From assembly GCA_965218695.1 (NCBI GenBank), contig OZ244651.1, forward strand, positions 896,001 to 960,000: 64,000 bases of DNA. The letters run 5' to 3'. This DNA comes from Nitrosopumilus sp. Lineage in GTDB: Archaea; Thermoproteota; Nitrososphaeria; Nitrososphaerales; Nitrosopumilaceae. The position numbers and the translations under genes were made by a program. The notes beneath the pieces are model-generated. The model ran no database searches and was not told the DNA's origin. It saw nothing but the letters and a program-made list of their open reading frames with translations. Below are positions 33,704-44,704 of the stretch, in pieces. The stretch's first letter is position 1; every line of letters starts with the position of its first letter.

Positions 33704-35849
33704 GTAGTACCAGACTCTTCAACGAGTTTAACCATACCTCACGCGCCTTATCAACTCTTAGATTGACTGTATCGTCTTTTCCCCTAAACAGTATGGATTC
33801 GCCCTCAAACCTTCCTATCTGGCCGAACCTGACTCCGCTCCCCTCTAGAGTCTCCCTGATCTCCTCCAGACTGTCCTCCCCTACTGCCAGCAGATATCTG
33901 GAGTGGCTCTCAGAGAACAGTATCCTGTCCATGTACATCACATCATGCGGCACCGCTACCGTATCCACAGCGCAGCCAATCTGGCCGGTCATGCACATCT
34001 CAGACACTGCGACTGCCAGGCCTCCCTTTGAGCAGTCGTGCGCAGATCTTACCAAACCCTTTGCGATGCAGTCCAGCACGCCGTTCATGTTCCTTTCTGA
34101 TGCGGCAAAATCCACGGCTGGGCATCTCCCACCCACGCATCCGTGTATGTACTCCAGATACTCAGAGCCGCCCATCTCGTCCTTTGTCTCACCTACCATC
34201 ACAAGACAGTCTCCGGGTGTAATTCTTTGGGGTGCGGGCTGTTTGTCTGAGAGTCCTAGGACTCCTATTAGTGGGGTGGGCTTGATGGGGCCTGAGGCAG
34301 TCTCGTTGTACAGGCTTACCTTTCCCCCGATACATGGAATGTTCATGTGCCTTGCAAAGTCTGCAATCCCCCTGAGCGATTCCAGAAACGTCCAGAATAT
34401 CTCGGGATCCCTGGGATTTCCAAACTGGAGGTGATCCAGCATCCCGGCGGGTCTGGCACCGGTGCACACGACGTTCCTGCATGCCTCCTCAAAGCAGCCG
34501 ATGGCGCCGTTGCGGGGGTCGACATAGCAGTGCTTGGGGTTTCCGTCAATCTTCATCGACAGGAACCTGCCGTTGTCAAGGCGCAGGACGGATGCGTCAC
34601 CGCCAGGCTTTATGACGGTCCTGATTCCCACCTCGTGATCATACTGGCCGTACACCCAGTTCTTGCTTGCAATGTTAGGCGCGCCAAGCAGGCTTGCCAG
34701 CACCTGTGACAGATCCGTGACCTCCTTGAGGCTCTCCCTGTGTATGGTCTTGAGGTACTCTGGCTTTTTCGACGGCAGGTCAAGGAGCGTGGCATCGGTA
34801 ATGACCTTTGCAGGCAGGCAGGCAAAGATCTCCTGGCCCCTTCGGATCCGCACAATCCCGTCTGGCGTAACTGAGCCAATGACGGAGCAGCTGATGCGAA
34901 ACTTTTTGCATATCTCCGCCAGTACCTTGACTTGTTTGCCTCCGGTAACCAGCAACATCCTCTCTTGTGACTCTGACACCATGATCTCCCACGGACTCAT
35001 CTCCTCCCTGGTGTGGACGCTTTCCACATCCACATCCATTCCCACGCCAAGGGTATTGGCAGTCTCGGATACGGCACATGCAAGCCCGCCGCCTCCAAGA
35101 TCCTTCATGGCGCGAATCACGCCTGCATTCCTTGCCTCCAGTATGGCCTCGATTATCAGCTTTTCAATGAACGGATCGGGTATCTGCACGGCCGAGCGGT
35201 CGTCTGTCTCCAGCGTGTCTGATGCAAACTGTGATCCCCCTATGCCGTCACGGCCTGTGGCACCGCCCACCAGAACCACCCGATCCCCTGGCTCTGCATG
35301 GTTCTTTATCAGGCGCTCCCTTTTTCCAAATCCGACTGCAGCCACATCCACCATGGCATATCCTGAATAGCATGAATCAAATTCTGTCTCGCCTCCGATG
35401 GTGGGAATTCCAAGGCAGTTGCCATAGTCTGCAATGCCGCTCACGGCGTTCCTGAACAGCCACCGTGCATGCGCATCATTTTTGATGTCCCCAAAGCGCA
35501 GTCCGTCAAGTATTGCAACCGGCCTAGTTCCTGCAGACAGTATGTCCCGTATCACCCCGCCGACCCCGGTTGCAGCGCCCCCGTACGGCTCTACTGCTGA
35601 AGGATGGTTGTGGCTCTCGATGTGGGCAGTTATCACGTACCCGCCCCCCACATCCAGCACTCCTGAGTCGTACCCCTTTTCTGTAATTACCAGTGGCCCG
35701 TTCATCGGAAGCATTCTCAGGTGTCTCTTTGATGACTTGTAGGAGCAGTGTTCGGACCATTCTGCTGCCACCATCTCAAACTCCGTACTGGTGGGCTCCC
35801 TGCCTATTCTTGCCCGAAGATCCTCGATCTCCTGCGGTTCCAGACTCAA
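33696..35849 (-). CDS. purL: FGAM synthase subunit PurL
   Basis: WSEHCSYKSS, ESHNHPS, SESQERM, GGKVSLYNE. Confidence 0.97.
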   Translation of the reverse strand: MSLEPQEIEDLRARIGREPTSTEFEMVAAEWSEHCSYKSSKRHLRMLPMNGPLVITEKGYDSGVLDVGGGYVITAHIESHNHPSAVEPYGGAATGVGGVIRDILSAGTRPVAILDGLRFGDIKNDAHARWLFRNAVSGIADYGNCLGIPTIGGETEFDSCYSGYAMVDVAAVGFGKRERLIKNHAEPGDRVVLVGGATGRDGIGGSQFASDTLETDDRSAVQIPDPFIEKLIIEAILEARNAGVIRAMKDLGGGGLACAVSETANTLGVGMDVDVESVHTREEMSPWEIMVSESQERMLLVTGGKQVKVLAEICKKFRISCSVIGSVTPDGIVRIRRGQEIFACLPAKVITDATLLDLPSKKPEYLKTIHRESLKEVTDLSQVLASLLGAPNIASKNWVYGQYDHEVGIRTVIKPGGDASVLRLDNGRFLSMKIDGNPKHCYVDPRNGAIGCFEEACRNVVCTGARPAGMLDHLQFGNPRDPEIFWTFLESLRGIADFARHMNIPCIGGKVSLYNETASGPIKPTPLIGVLGLSDKQPAPQRITPGDCLVMVGETKDEMGGSEYLEYIHGCVGGRCPAVDFAASERNMNGVLDCIAKGLVRSAHDCSKGGLAVAVSEMCMTGQIGCAVDTVAVPHDVMYMDRILFSESHSRYLLAVGEDSLEEIRETLEGSGVRFGQIGRFEGESILFRGKDDTVNLRVDKAREVWLNSLKSLVLHG

Positions 35850-36523
35850 CGGCGCACCGTTCCTTCAAGCATGGACTCTAAGATGAGCAGGGACGAGGTG
35901 TCGCCTGACGGATTAATCGCAGATTCGGCAGCCCTCTCCGGGTGGGGCATCATGCCCACCACGTTTCCATCCTCGTTGCATACTCCTGCAATGTTGTATA
36001 CGGAGCCGTTTACCGGCCCCTCGTACTGAAATACAATCTGGTTGTTCCTGCGCATTCGTGCCAGCGTGTCCTCATCTGTAAAGTATCTTCCCTCGCCGTT
36101 TGCAATCGGGATTGGAATCTTTTGGTGTAGCCGGAACCTGTCGGTAAAGGGGGTCCTGTTGTTCTCCACTGTTATGCCGGACCACTCACACATGTAGCTC
36201 AGCGACTCATTTCTGAGCAGCACGCCTGGCAGTATTCCTGATTCTGCAAGGATCTGAAACCCGTTGCAGACTCCAAGTATCGGGGTTCCAGAGTCTGCCA
36301 TCCTTTTGATGTCGCGTATTATGGGGCTGTGCGCCGCAATGATGCCCGCCCTGAGCCTGTCGCCGTACGAGAACCCACCGGGAAGAATTACCGCATCGGC
36401 GTCATCAGGCATGGGACTTTCATGCCAGAGATACTGCACGTCAAATCCGATGACATCACTCAGTACGTGATACATGTCGCGATCACAGTTGCTTCCTGGA
36501 AACACCACGATGACTACACTCAC
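35846..36523 (-). CDS. purQ: FGAM synthase glutaminase PurQ
   Basis: FPGSNCD, GVCNGFQ, MMPHPER. Confidence 0.97.
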   Translation of the reverse strand: MSVVIVVFPGSNCDRDMYHVLSDVIGFDVQYLWHESPMPDDADAVILPGGFSYGDRLRAGIIAAHSPIIRDIKRMADSGTPILGVCNGFQILAESGILPGVLLRNESLSYMCEWSGITVENNRTPFTDRFRLHQKIPIPIANGEGRYFTDEDTLARMRRNNQIVFQYEGPVNGSVYNIAGVCNEDGNVVGMMPHPERAAESAINPSGDTSSLLILESMLEGTVRR

Positions 36524-36587
36524 AGAACCGTTTAGATTTAGCGATATTTAATTGAAATTAGTCGCACCGGCTGATGCGGATTCCGGA

Positions 36588-36845
36588 TTACTGCCGTGCC
36601 TTAAGGGAAATCCTGCTTGCCACAGGATTGTATATCCTCAGCTCGTCGCAGATCTTCTGCACCCTGGACGTGGCAGCGTCTGCGTCTGCAGCATCAATGG
36701 TAAACTTTAGCATCCGGGCAGTCCTTATCCTTGAGACCTCCGAGTAACTGCCCCTCAGAACCAGATCATTGAGGATTGTATCCCCCTCCGGGTCGCTCAT
36801 GCCCTGCTTGTTCTCTATTGTGACGTGGATCTCATACGATGCCAT
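36588..36845 (-). CDS. purS: FGAM synthase subunit PurS
   Basis: DPEG...NPV motif; directly upstream of purQ. Confidence 0.9.
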   Translation of the reverse strand: MASYEIHVTIENKQGMSDPEGDTILNDLVLRGSYSEVSRIRTARMLKFTIDAADADAATSRVQKICDELRIYNPVASRISLKARQ

Positions 36846-36947
36846 CAGCATTCAAGTGTCCTGCCGGGTTAATCTATCTTGCTGGATACGTGACATGTGT
36901 CTGGCTGTCTTGGTTTTCATCCATCCTTCAAACCCCTGAATCATCAA

Positions 36948-37320
36948 ATGGACATTCTGGGGTTGATTCAGGCAAACCTTCTGACGCCAATCTGCTGTTT
37001 TTCATACTGGGCATCGTCGCTGCCCGAATCAAGTTCGATCTGAGGATGCCTGATGCGATATCCGAATTTCTCCCAATCTATCTCCTGGCAGTCATCGGGC
37101 TGCACGGGGGGCTGGAGATGCGCTCGACCGGGTTTGAGCAGATGCTTCCCCCTATGGTCGCCGCAGTGGCGCTGTCGCTGCTATTCACGCTCAACCACTA
37201 CCAAATCCTGAAACACCTTGGAAAATTCAACGTCTTTGACGCCTACGCGCTTGCCTCCACCTACGGCGCAGTGGGGGCCGTGACGTTTTCGGTGGGAATC
37301 TCGTTTTTGAACAACCAGCA
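36948..37320 (+). pseudogene. sbtA: SbtA-family Na+-dependent bicarbonate transporter, frameshifted near the start and 3'-truncated
   Basis: MDILGLIQANLLTPI / LFFILGIVAARIKFDLRMPDAISEFLPIYLLAVIGLHGG...YGAVGAVTF; homology appears to stop at FLNNQ. Confidence 0.8.
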
Positions 37321-37457
37321 TCGTCTCACTGGATTTGTGTGGCTTGAAGTATTCTTGGAACGTGCGCTTGACTACACCCAAACGACATGATTTCTGGACA
37401 ATAGAGTACACTGATTAATCGAGAATATTAATATACTGCAAATACCTTTTTTTTCTA

Positions 37458-38708
37458 TTGGTACAGGGAATAAAAGAAAAAATTGAGAACGCCAATAAAG
37501 AGGCAATAAATAAGATCCTTACATCAAGACCAATCTTAGTTGATGTCAAACCAGCTATAGAAGTAATACCTGAAATGAAAAAAAATATGATTATGCATGC
37601 TGGTCCTCCAATCGACTGGCAAAATATGTGCGGGCCTATGAGGGGAGCTATAATAGGAACTTTGTTATTCGAAGGTCTTGCTAAAACGAAAGATGAAGCT
37701 GTTAAGATTAGCGAAAATGGAGAAATTGAATTCTCACCAAATCACGAGCATCACGCTGTAGGCCCTATGGCTGGAATCACTTCTGCATCCATGCCAGTCT
37801 TCGTTGTGAAAAATGAGCCACACAACAATACAGCTTTTGCACGTGTGGTTGAAGATAAGATAGGATTTGGGGATTATGGAGATGAGGCAGTTGAAAGTTT
37901 GCGCTTTTGGAGAGATAAAGCGTCTGTTGCAATTGGCATCGCAGCCCGCAAAGCTGGGGGGATTGATTTGAAGAGCATTATTGCTAAGGCTTTGTTTAGG
38001 GGAGATGAACTACATAACAGACCTGTTGCTGGAAGCTCCTTGTTTACTAATATCATATTATCATATCTAATCGAGGTTGGCATGGATCATAAGGAACTGC
38101 TTCCAGTTGCAAAGTTTTTGACCGATAATGAAATATTTTTCCTTGGTCTGAGCATGGGTGCTTGTAAAGCAACCATGGATGCCGCGCACGGAATTGATTA
38201 TAGTACATTAGTTACTGTTATGGCAAGGAATGGTGTTGAGTTTGGAATCAAGGTGAGTGGTTTAGGCGATGAATGGTTTACTGGGCCAGCAAATATGATC
38301 GATGGCTTATTCCTCCCGGGATTCACAGCCGATGATGCTAATCCGGACATCGGCGACAGTGCTATTACGGAAACTGCTGGACTGGGAGGCTTCACTTTGG
38401 CAGCTGGACTTGCAATTATTAATTTGGTTGGAGGAACTCCTGATGAGGCAATACGGTATAGCAAGCAAATGCAAGAAATAACTATCGCGAAAAACAATGG
38501 ATACACAATTCCTGCTCTTAACTTTGAGGGAACGGCGACTGGAATTGATATAAGGAAGGTTGTCAAGACTGGAATTCTTCCAATCATTGATACTGCTATT
38601 GCCAGTAAGAACCCAGGGCAGCGTATGATAGGTGCTGGCTTGGTTAAGCCGCCGCTAGAAGCTTTTAAGAAAGCCCTACAGGGGTTTGCAAAAAAATACG
38701 ATATCTAA
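37458..38708 (+). CDS. DUF1116 / YlbE (AllG)-like protein
   Basis: HAGPPIDW..MCGPMRGA, GPMAG, GDELHNR, MARNG, DIGDSAITET.GLGG. Confidence 0.9.
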   Translation: MVQGIKEKIENANKEAINKILTSRPILVDVKPAIEVIPEMKKNMIMHAGPPIDWQNMCGPMRGAIIGTLLFEGLAKTKDEAVKISENGEIEFSPNHEHHAVGPMAGITSASMPVFVVKNEPHNNTAFARVVEDKIGFGDYGDEAVESLRFWRDKASVAIGIAARKAGGIDLKSIIAKALFRGDELHNRPVAGSSLFTNIILSYLIEVGMDHKELLPVAKFLTDNEIFFLGLSMGACKATMDAAHGIDYSTLVTVMARNGVEFGIKVSGLGDEWFTGPANMIDGLFLPGFTADDANPDIGDSAITETAGLGGFTLAAGLAIINLVGGTPDEAIRYSKQMQEITIAKNNGYTIPALNFEGTATGIDIRKVVKTGILPIIDTAIASKNPGQRMIGAGLVKPPLEAFKKALQGFAKKYDI

Positions 38709-38780
38709 TTTATCTATCGCTTTTTTGCACGCGAGTAAGGTACGCCAATAGATGCTGGTTGTAAAGTTCTCTTATAGGTA

Positions 38781-39880
38781 TACTGACGATCAAAAGTTTG
38801 TGCACAATGCTTCATATTTTCGGCTGGTAAATTTGAGAATGTCAAGCTTGAACCTAATGGTTCGATAATACAACGAGACTGCCCGGTGCATGTCCTGAAA
38901 TGTCCGGTAATATTCTGAGACAAGCAGGACGCGCTTTCCCTGGTGCCAGCATTCCTCCATCGCGTTGAGGTACGGCGATCCCTTTGGCAAATAGATCATC
39001 TTGACGTCTCTGTTGCTGCGCAGAAATTCCTTGACACGTTTTGAGCGGTGCTGCGGAGCCCGGTCTGTAGTCACCACCACTTTTCCAAAATGCCTGTGCA
39101 GATCCTTGAGATACCTGACAAACGTGGGCCCGTCAAATTTCTCGTACGTCCGGAAAAACTGCCTGCCGTCCCGGGCAATCGAGCCGTACGCTGCGATCCT
39201 CTTGTGGCTGCCGGTGTATGGTACGCTTATGGGATGGCCCACGGGAGACCAGTATTTGCGACCGACCATCACGTCGTGTATGAAAATTACCTCATCCTCC
39301 ATTACCGTGGTGAATCCCTCATTTTCCAGGCGTGAAACGCGCTTATTGAAGCGGTATTTCCAGTTCTGCACGGCTTTTTTGCCTGCCCTGTTAACGTGGA
39401 TCTTTCGCGGTGCCTTTGGAGACAGGTTGTGCTGGTGCATAATTTTCCTGACGTACGTGATGTGAAGTTTTACGCCCGCGTCCTTGCGTATATTCTCCTG
39501 CAACTCCGAGGGCGTGATCCTACGGCAGGATGCCCTTGCGATTATTCCGTCCATGATGTCTCGTGAAATCTTTCTGGGTCGTCCGCATCGGGGAAGGTCA
39601 CGGAGGCCTTGCAGGCCTCCGTCGTCGAATCGGCGCAACCAGTTACGGACCCAGTTTGGGCTCCGTCCCTGGATGTCGGCAGTCTCCTCCACGGACATGT
39701 TGCGCACGCGAACCATGCGCACCGAGACCATCCGGATTCTGACCTTGTAATCTTTTTCTTTTCTGTACGCCTTTTCGAGTTCTTCCAGTTTGGTGTCGTC
39801 CATGTATCCCTGAAATGGGCCTGATCTAGAAACTTTGCGGTTGGCTAGGGCATTTGTTCAAAGACTTTTGCGCGTCAGTA
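38781..39880 (-). mobile_element. IS630-family element, transposase 38790..39803
   Basis: TIR TACTGACG, TA duplication; EDE..TDRAPQH..PYLNAMEE. Confidence 0.94.
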
Positions 39881-39971
39881 TAGATGCCGTTACTGCAATG
39901 GCCATAATATGGGAAAGCATCAGCATAAGTTGATGCGGTGCTTTAACACCAACAGCTTGGAAACTAAATTG

Positions 39972-41705
39972 GTAAGTGTTCACGTGGTTTAACTCATTTT
40001 TAGGCGTATTTTGCAATCTCCGCCAAGTAATCCAATTTCTTGTTTTTCCATGTCATTACACATGAAAAGAAATTCGCCATCCACGTCATCGTCTCCTCTG
40101 CCCTTATGCTGCCCCGTATTTTTCTGTGCACGACTATCTCGCGCAACCCGCGTTCTGCAGCATTGTTTGTAGGCGGGATGTAAGTGTTCACGTGGTTTAA
40201 CTCATTTTTAGGCGTATTTTGCAATCTCCGCCAAGTAATCCAATTTCTTGTTTTTCCATGTCATTACACATGAAAAGAAATTCGCCATCCACGTCATCGT
40301 CTCCTCTGCCCTTATGCTGCCCCGTATTTTTCTGTGCACGACTATCTCGCGCAACCCGCGTTCTGCAGCATTGTTTGTAGGCGGGATCTTTGGGTTCAGC
40401 ACGAACCGGAACAGGTCGCTGCCAGCATTGCTGATCTTGACCATGAATTTTTCCAATATTGGATCGTCGGCGTACCTTGCAACGATCTTTTCGATGCATG
40501 ACGTCAGCATGGCAGACGCGTTGTCCCGGAGAGAGCGCGAGCGTTTCCTGCTTGCCCTTCTGGCATAATCATAGATTATGCGCAGGTGCTTCAGGACGTT
40601 GCGCGCGCCTGGGCAGTCCGGATTGCGGTTGCAGATGTCCCTGGCCTCGCGTATTATGTGCGACCAGCAGCGCTGGACGCGGTATTTTCCGTACGCCGTC
40701 CAGCCGTCGCACACTAACGTGCCGTCCCAACCCCCAAGCGCTTCTTTCAGAACCTTTGCCCCCCGGCTGTCCCGTATCACGTACAGCGCGTGCCCGGTCA
40801 GCGGATCGTGCAGTATCCACACCCAGACGTTGCGGCCGTTTAGGTGAATCGATGTCTCGTCGGCGTGCAGTATCTTGGCCTTGCGTATCATGGCGGCAAT
40901 GGCTGCCGCAGGGGCGCCCAGCGACGTTCCCAGCCTGCGCATTATGTTGTGCGCCGTGCCCGAGGAGAGTGTAATTCCGTACCGCGACATGCGGTCTGCG
41001 ATCATCCTAAACGGCATGCGACACACGTAATCGTCTGCAACATCAGTCGTTATGCTCGGATCGTAGCTGCCCTTGTCTGGAAGGCCGGTCTCGGGCTTGA
41101 TGTCCACCAGACCGCAGGAGCAGCGACACGTGTTTATGGTGTGGCGCGTGGTGATGACCTTTATCGTGCGCTCCACCTTGGTAATGTCGCGTTTTTCTGA
41201 CTGCACTATGGAAAGGCTACCCGAGCCGCATTCGGGGCAGGCCTCCGGGGTGTGTTCCTCAAACTCGGTGGGTTTTGGCTTGCGGGTGCGGCCCATGTAG
41301 CCTTTTTGCCCCCCGCGCGACTTCCCGCTGCCGGCCGCATCCACGCGGTCCTTTTGATCCCGGGAGGCTTTTGTGGATTTATTGTAGGCATTCTTTTCGT
41401 CGCCTTTTCCCTTTGTGTCAGGCCATCCGGGCCCCCTTTTTTGTGATGACGGGGTGTTGTAATTGTCATGCCGCACCAGCCTGCGCTTAAGATCAGCAAC
41501 TGCCAGATTCAATTCCTCAATTATCTGCCCTTGCATCTCAATCGTCTGCTTGAGCTTGATGTTCTCAGTCTTGAGATCCGTGTACATCTTTTTGAGTTCA
41601 GCCTGGCTTTTCACATCGGGTTTGGATTACCATCCTATTTGGATCTGTGGTTTGCACAAAATTTACCCAAGAGTGAACTGAATTAGGCACGACGTGAACA
41701 CTTAC
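39972..41705 (-). mobile_element. IS66 copy C (40180..41705) preceded by a 208-bp duplicated right end (39972..40179)
   Basis: One TSD, CTAAATTG, flanks the whole structure (39964-71, 41706-13). Confidence 0.94.
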
Positions 41706-41727
41706 CTAAATTGTAAAGCATCCACCA

Positions 41728-41818
41728 GTACATACTCAGGTCCCGGTATTGTCTAGGCGTAAACATGTACTGTTTTACGTATATTCACGCCTGAGTTTAA
41801 GGGGAACCTGAGTATGTA
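41728..41818. mobile_element. ~92-bp MITE (last base displaced to 45712 by an IS630 insertion)
   Basis: GTACATACTCAGG...CCTGAGTATGTA|C; 8-bp TSD ATCCACCA at 41720-27 and 45713-20. Confidence 0.8.
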
Positions 41819-41873
41819 TACCAAAAGTGAAAAGTTGATGCGATTGTCACATATTTTACCACATCTAAAGTTA

Positions 41874-43399
41874 GTAAGTGTTCACGTGGTTTAACTCATT
41901 TTTAGGCGTATTTTGCAATCTCCGCCAAGTAATCCAATTTCTTGTTTTTCCATGTCATTACACATGAAAAGAAATTCGCCATCCACGTCATCGTCTCCTC
42001 TGCCCTTATGCTGCCCCGTATTTTTCTGTGCACGACTATCTCGCGCAACCCGCGTTCTGCAGCATTGTTTGTAGGCGGGATCTTTGGGTTCAGCACGAAC
42101 CGGAACAGGTCGCTGCCAGCATTGCTGATCTTGACCATGAATTTTTCCAATATTGGATCGTCGGCGTACCTTGCAACGATCTTTTCGATGCATGACGTCA
42201 GCATGGCAGACGCGTTGTCCCGGAGAGAGCGCGAGCGTTTCCTGCTTGCCCTTCTGGCATAATCATAGATTATGCGCAGGTGCTTCAGGACGTTGCGCGC
42301 GCCTGGGCAGTCCGGATTGCGGTTGCAGATGTCCCTGGCCTCGCGTATTATGTGCGACCAGCAGCGCTGGACGCGGTATTTTCCGTACGCCGTCCAGCCG
42401 TCGCACACTAACGTGCCGTCCCAACCCCCAAGCGCTTCTTTCAGAACCTTTGCCCCCCGGCTGTCCCGTATCACGTACAGCGCGTGCCCGGTCAGCGGAT
42501 CGTGCAGTATCCACACCCAGACGTTGCGGCCGTTTAGGTGAATCGATGTCTCGTCGGCGTGCAGTATCTTGGCCTTGCGTATCATGGCGGCAATGGCTGC
42601 CGCAGGGGCGCCCAGCGACGTTCCCAGCCTGCGCATTATGTTGTGCGCCGTGCCCGAGGAGAGTGTAATTCCGTACCGCGACATGCGGTCTGCGATCATC
42701 CTAAACGGCATGCGACACACGTAATCGTCTGCAACATCAGTCGTTATGCTCGGATCGTAGCTGCCCTTGTCTGGAAGGCCGGTCTCGGGCTTGATGTCCA
42801 CCAGACCGCAGGAGCAGCGACACGTGTTTATGGTGTGGCGCGTGGTGATGACCTTTATCGTGCGCTCCACCCTGGTAATGTCGCGTTTTTCTGACTGCAC
42901 TATGGAAAGGCTACCCGAGCCGCATTCGGGGCAGGCCTCCGGGGTGTGTTCCTCAAACTCGGTGGGTTTTGGCTTGCGGGTGCGGCCCATGTGGCCTTTT
43001 TGCCCCCCGCGCGACTTCCCGCTGCCGGCCGCATCCACGCGGTCCTTTTGATCCCGGGAGGCTTTTGTGGATTTATTGTAGGCATTCTTTTCGTCGCCTT
43101 TTCCCTTTGTGTCAGGCCATCCGGGCCCCCTTTTTTGTGATGACGGGGTGTTGTAATTGTCATGCCGCACCAGCCTGCGCTTAAGATCAGCAACTGCCAG
43201 ATTCAATTCCTCAATTATCTGCCCTTGCATCTCAATCGTCTGCTTGAGCTTGATGTTCTCAGTCTTGAGATCCGTGTACATCTTTTTGAGTTCAGCCTGG
43301 CTTTTCACATTGGGTTTGGATTACCATCCTATTTGGATCTGTGGTTTGCACAAAATTTACCCAAGAGTGAACTGAATTAGGCACGACGTGAACACTTAC
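41874..43399 (-). mobile_element. IS66 1526-bp element, copy D
   Basis: TSD TAAAGTTA. Confidence 0.96.
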
Positions 43400-43602
43400 T
43401 AAAGTTATACCAATTTCACGTCCCACAGTCAATGAAGATCAAGACGATGTTGAAAAGATACGCCGCTGAGACAGACTGCGATACCAAGGACCGCATGATG
43501 CTGATCATCAGAGTCAAACGTGATGGAATAACCATGAGGGATTCTGCAAAATCCCTGGGAAAGTCAGCCTCGTGGGGCTACAAGTGGCACGAGCGCTACC
43601 TA

Positions 43603-44704
43603 TAGTGAAAAGCGAAAATTCGTTCCAAGTTCAGCACCTCGGACCGGAAACTATGTAGATCAGATTGTCGCCTAACGCGGCATGAGCAAAGTAACACGGG
43701 AAGAACTCGAAGCAGCATACAAAAAAGAAAAAAACCTCAAGGTGGGAGTCAGAATGCTTGCAGTACACATGGTATATTTTCGCAAAGTGAGCATAGATGA
43801 TGCAGCCGTCAGCCTTCTGCGATGCCCGCGATGGGTGCGCAACTGGCTGGAACGCTTCGAGAACGGAGGCCTGCAAGGCCTCCGGGACCTTCCCAGATCC
43901 GGCAGGCCGCCCAAGATTTCGCCGGAAGCGATAGACGGCATACTGGACAAGGTAGACCGGCTCAAGACCACTCCTGCCGAACTGCAGCAGGTCATACACA
44001 GGGAGACGGGAACAAAGATGCACAGGACGAATGTCAGGAAAATCATGCAAAAATACGGCCTGTCTCCCAAGGGGTCGCAAAAAATCCACATCAACAGGGC
44101 CACCAAAACGGCCGTAAAAAGTTGGCAATATCGCCTCAAAAAGAGAATTTCACGCCTAGAAAAGGACAGTTTTGTCCTGGTCGTGCAAGACGAGGCGTTC
44201 TTCATACACGACGTAAAATCTGGCCGCAAGTATTGGTCGCCTGTGGGGGTGCCAATAACCGTGCCATACACGGGAAGCCACAAAAGAATTACCGTGTACG
44301 GTTCAGTCACGACGGACGGCAGGCAGTTCTTCAGGACTGCCAGCGGGTTCAACGCGCCCACTTTTGTTGCATATCTCAAGGCCATGCAGAGACATTTTGG
44401 GAAGGTGGCCGTCATGGTGGACAGGGCATCCCCGCACCGCGCAAAAGCCGTCCGGACGCTGCTGCGCGAGAACAGGAACATCAGGATCATATACCTGCCA
44501 AAAGGCTCGCCGTATCTCAACGCCGTGGAAGAATGCTGGCACCAGGGAAAACGGAACCTGCTTGTCTCAGAATACTACAAAACCTTCGTGGACATGCACA
44601 GAGCCGTCTCCCAGTATTATCGAACTGCGAGATTCAATCTGGACTTGATCAAATACTTTAACAGAAAAGCCGAATTATTTTGCAGGAACTTTTGATCGCC
44701 ACTA
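43603..44704 (+). mobile_element. IS630 1102-bp element, copy 1 (transposase 43682..44695)
   Basis: TAGTG..CACTA ends, TA duplication; near-identical to the 57040 and 62044 copies. Confidence 0.95.
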
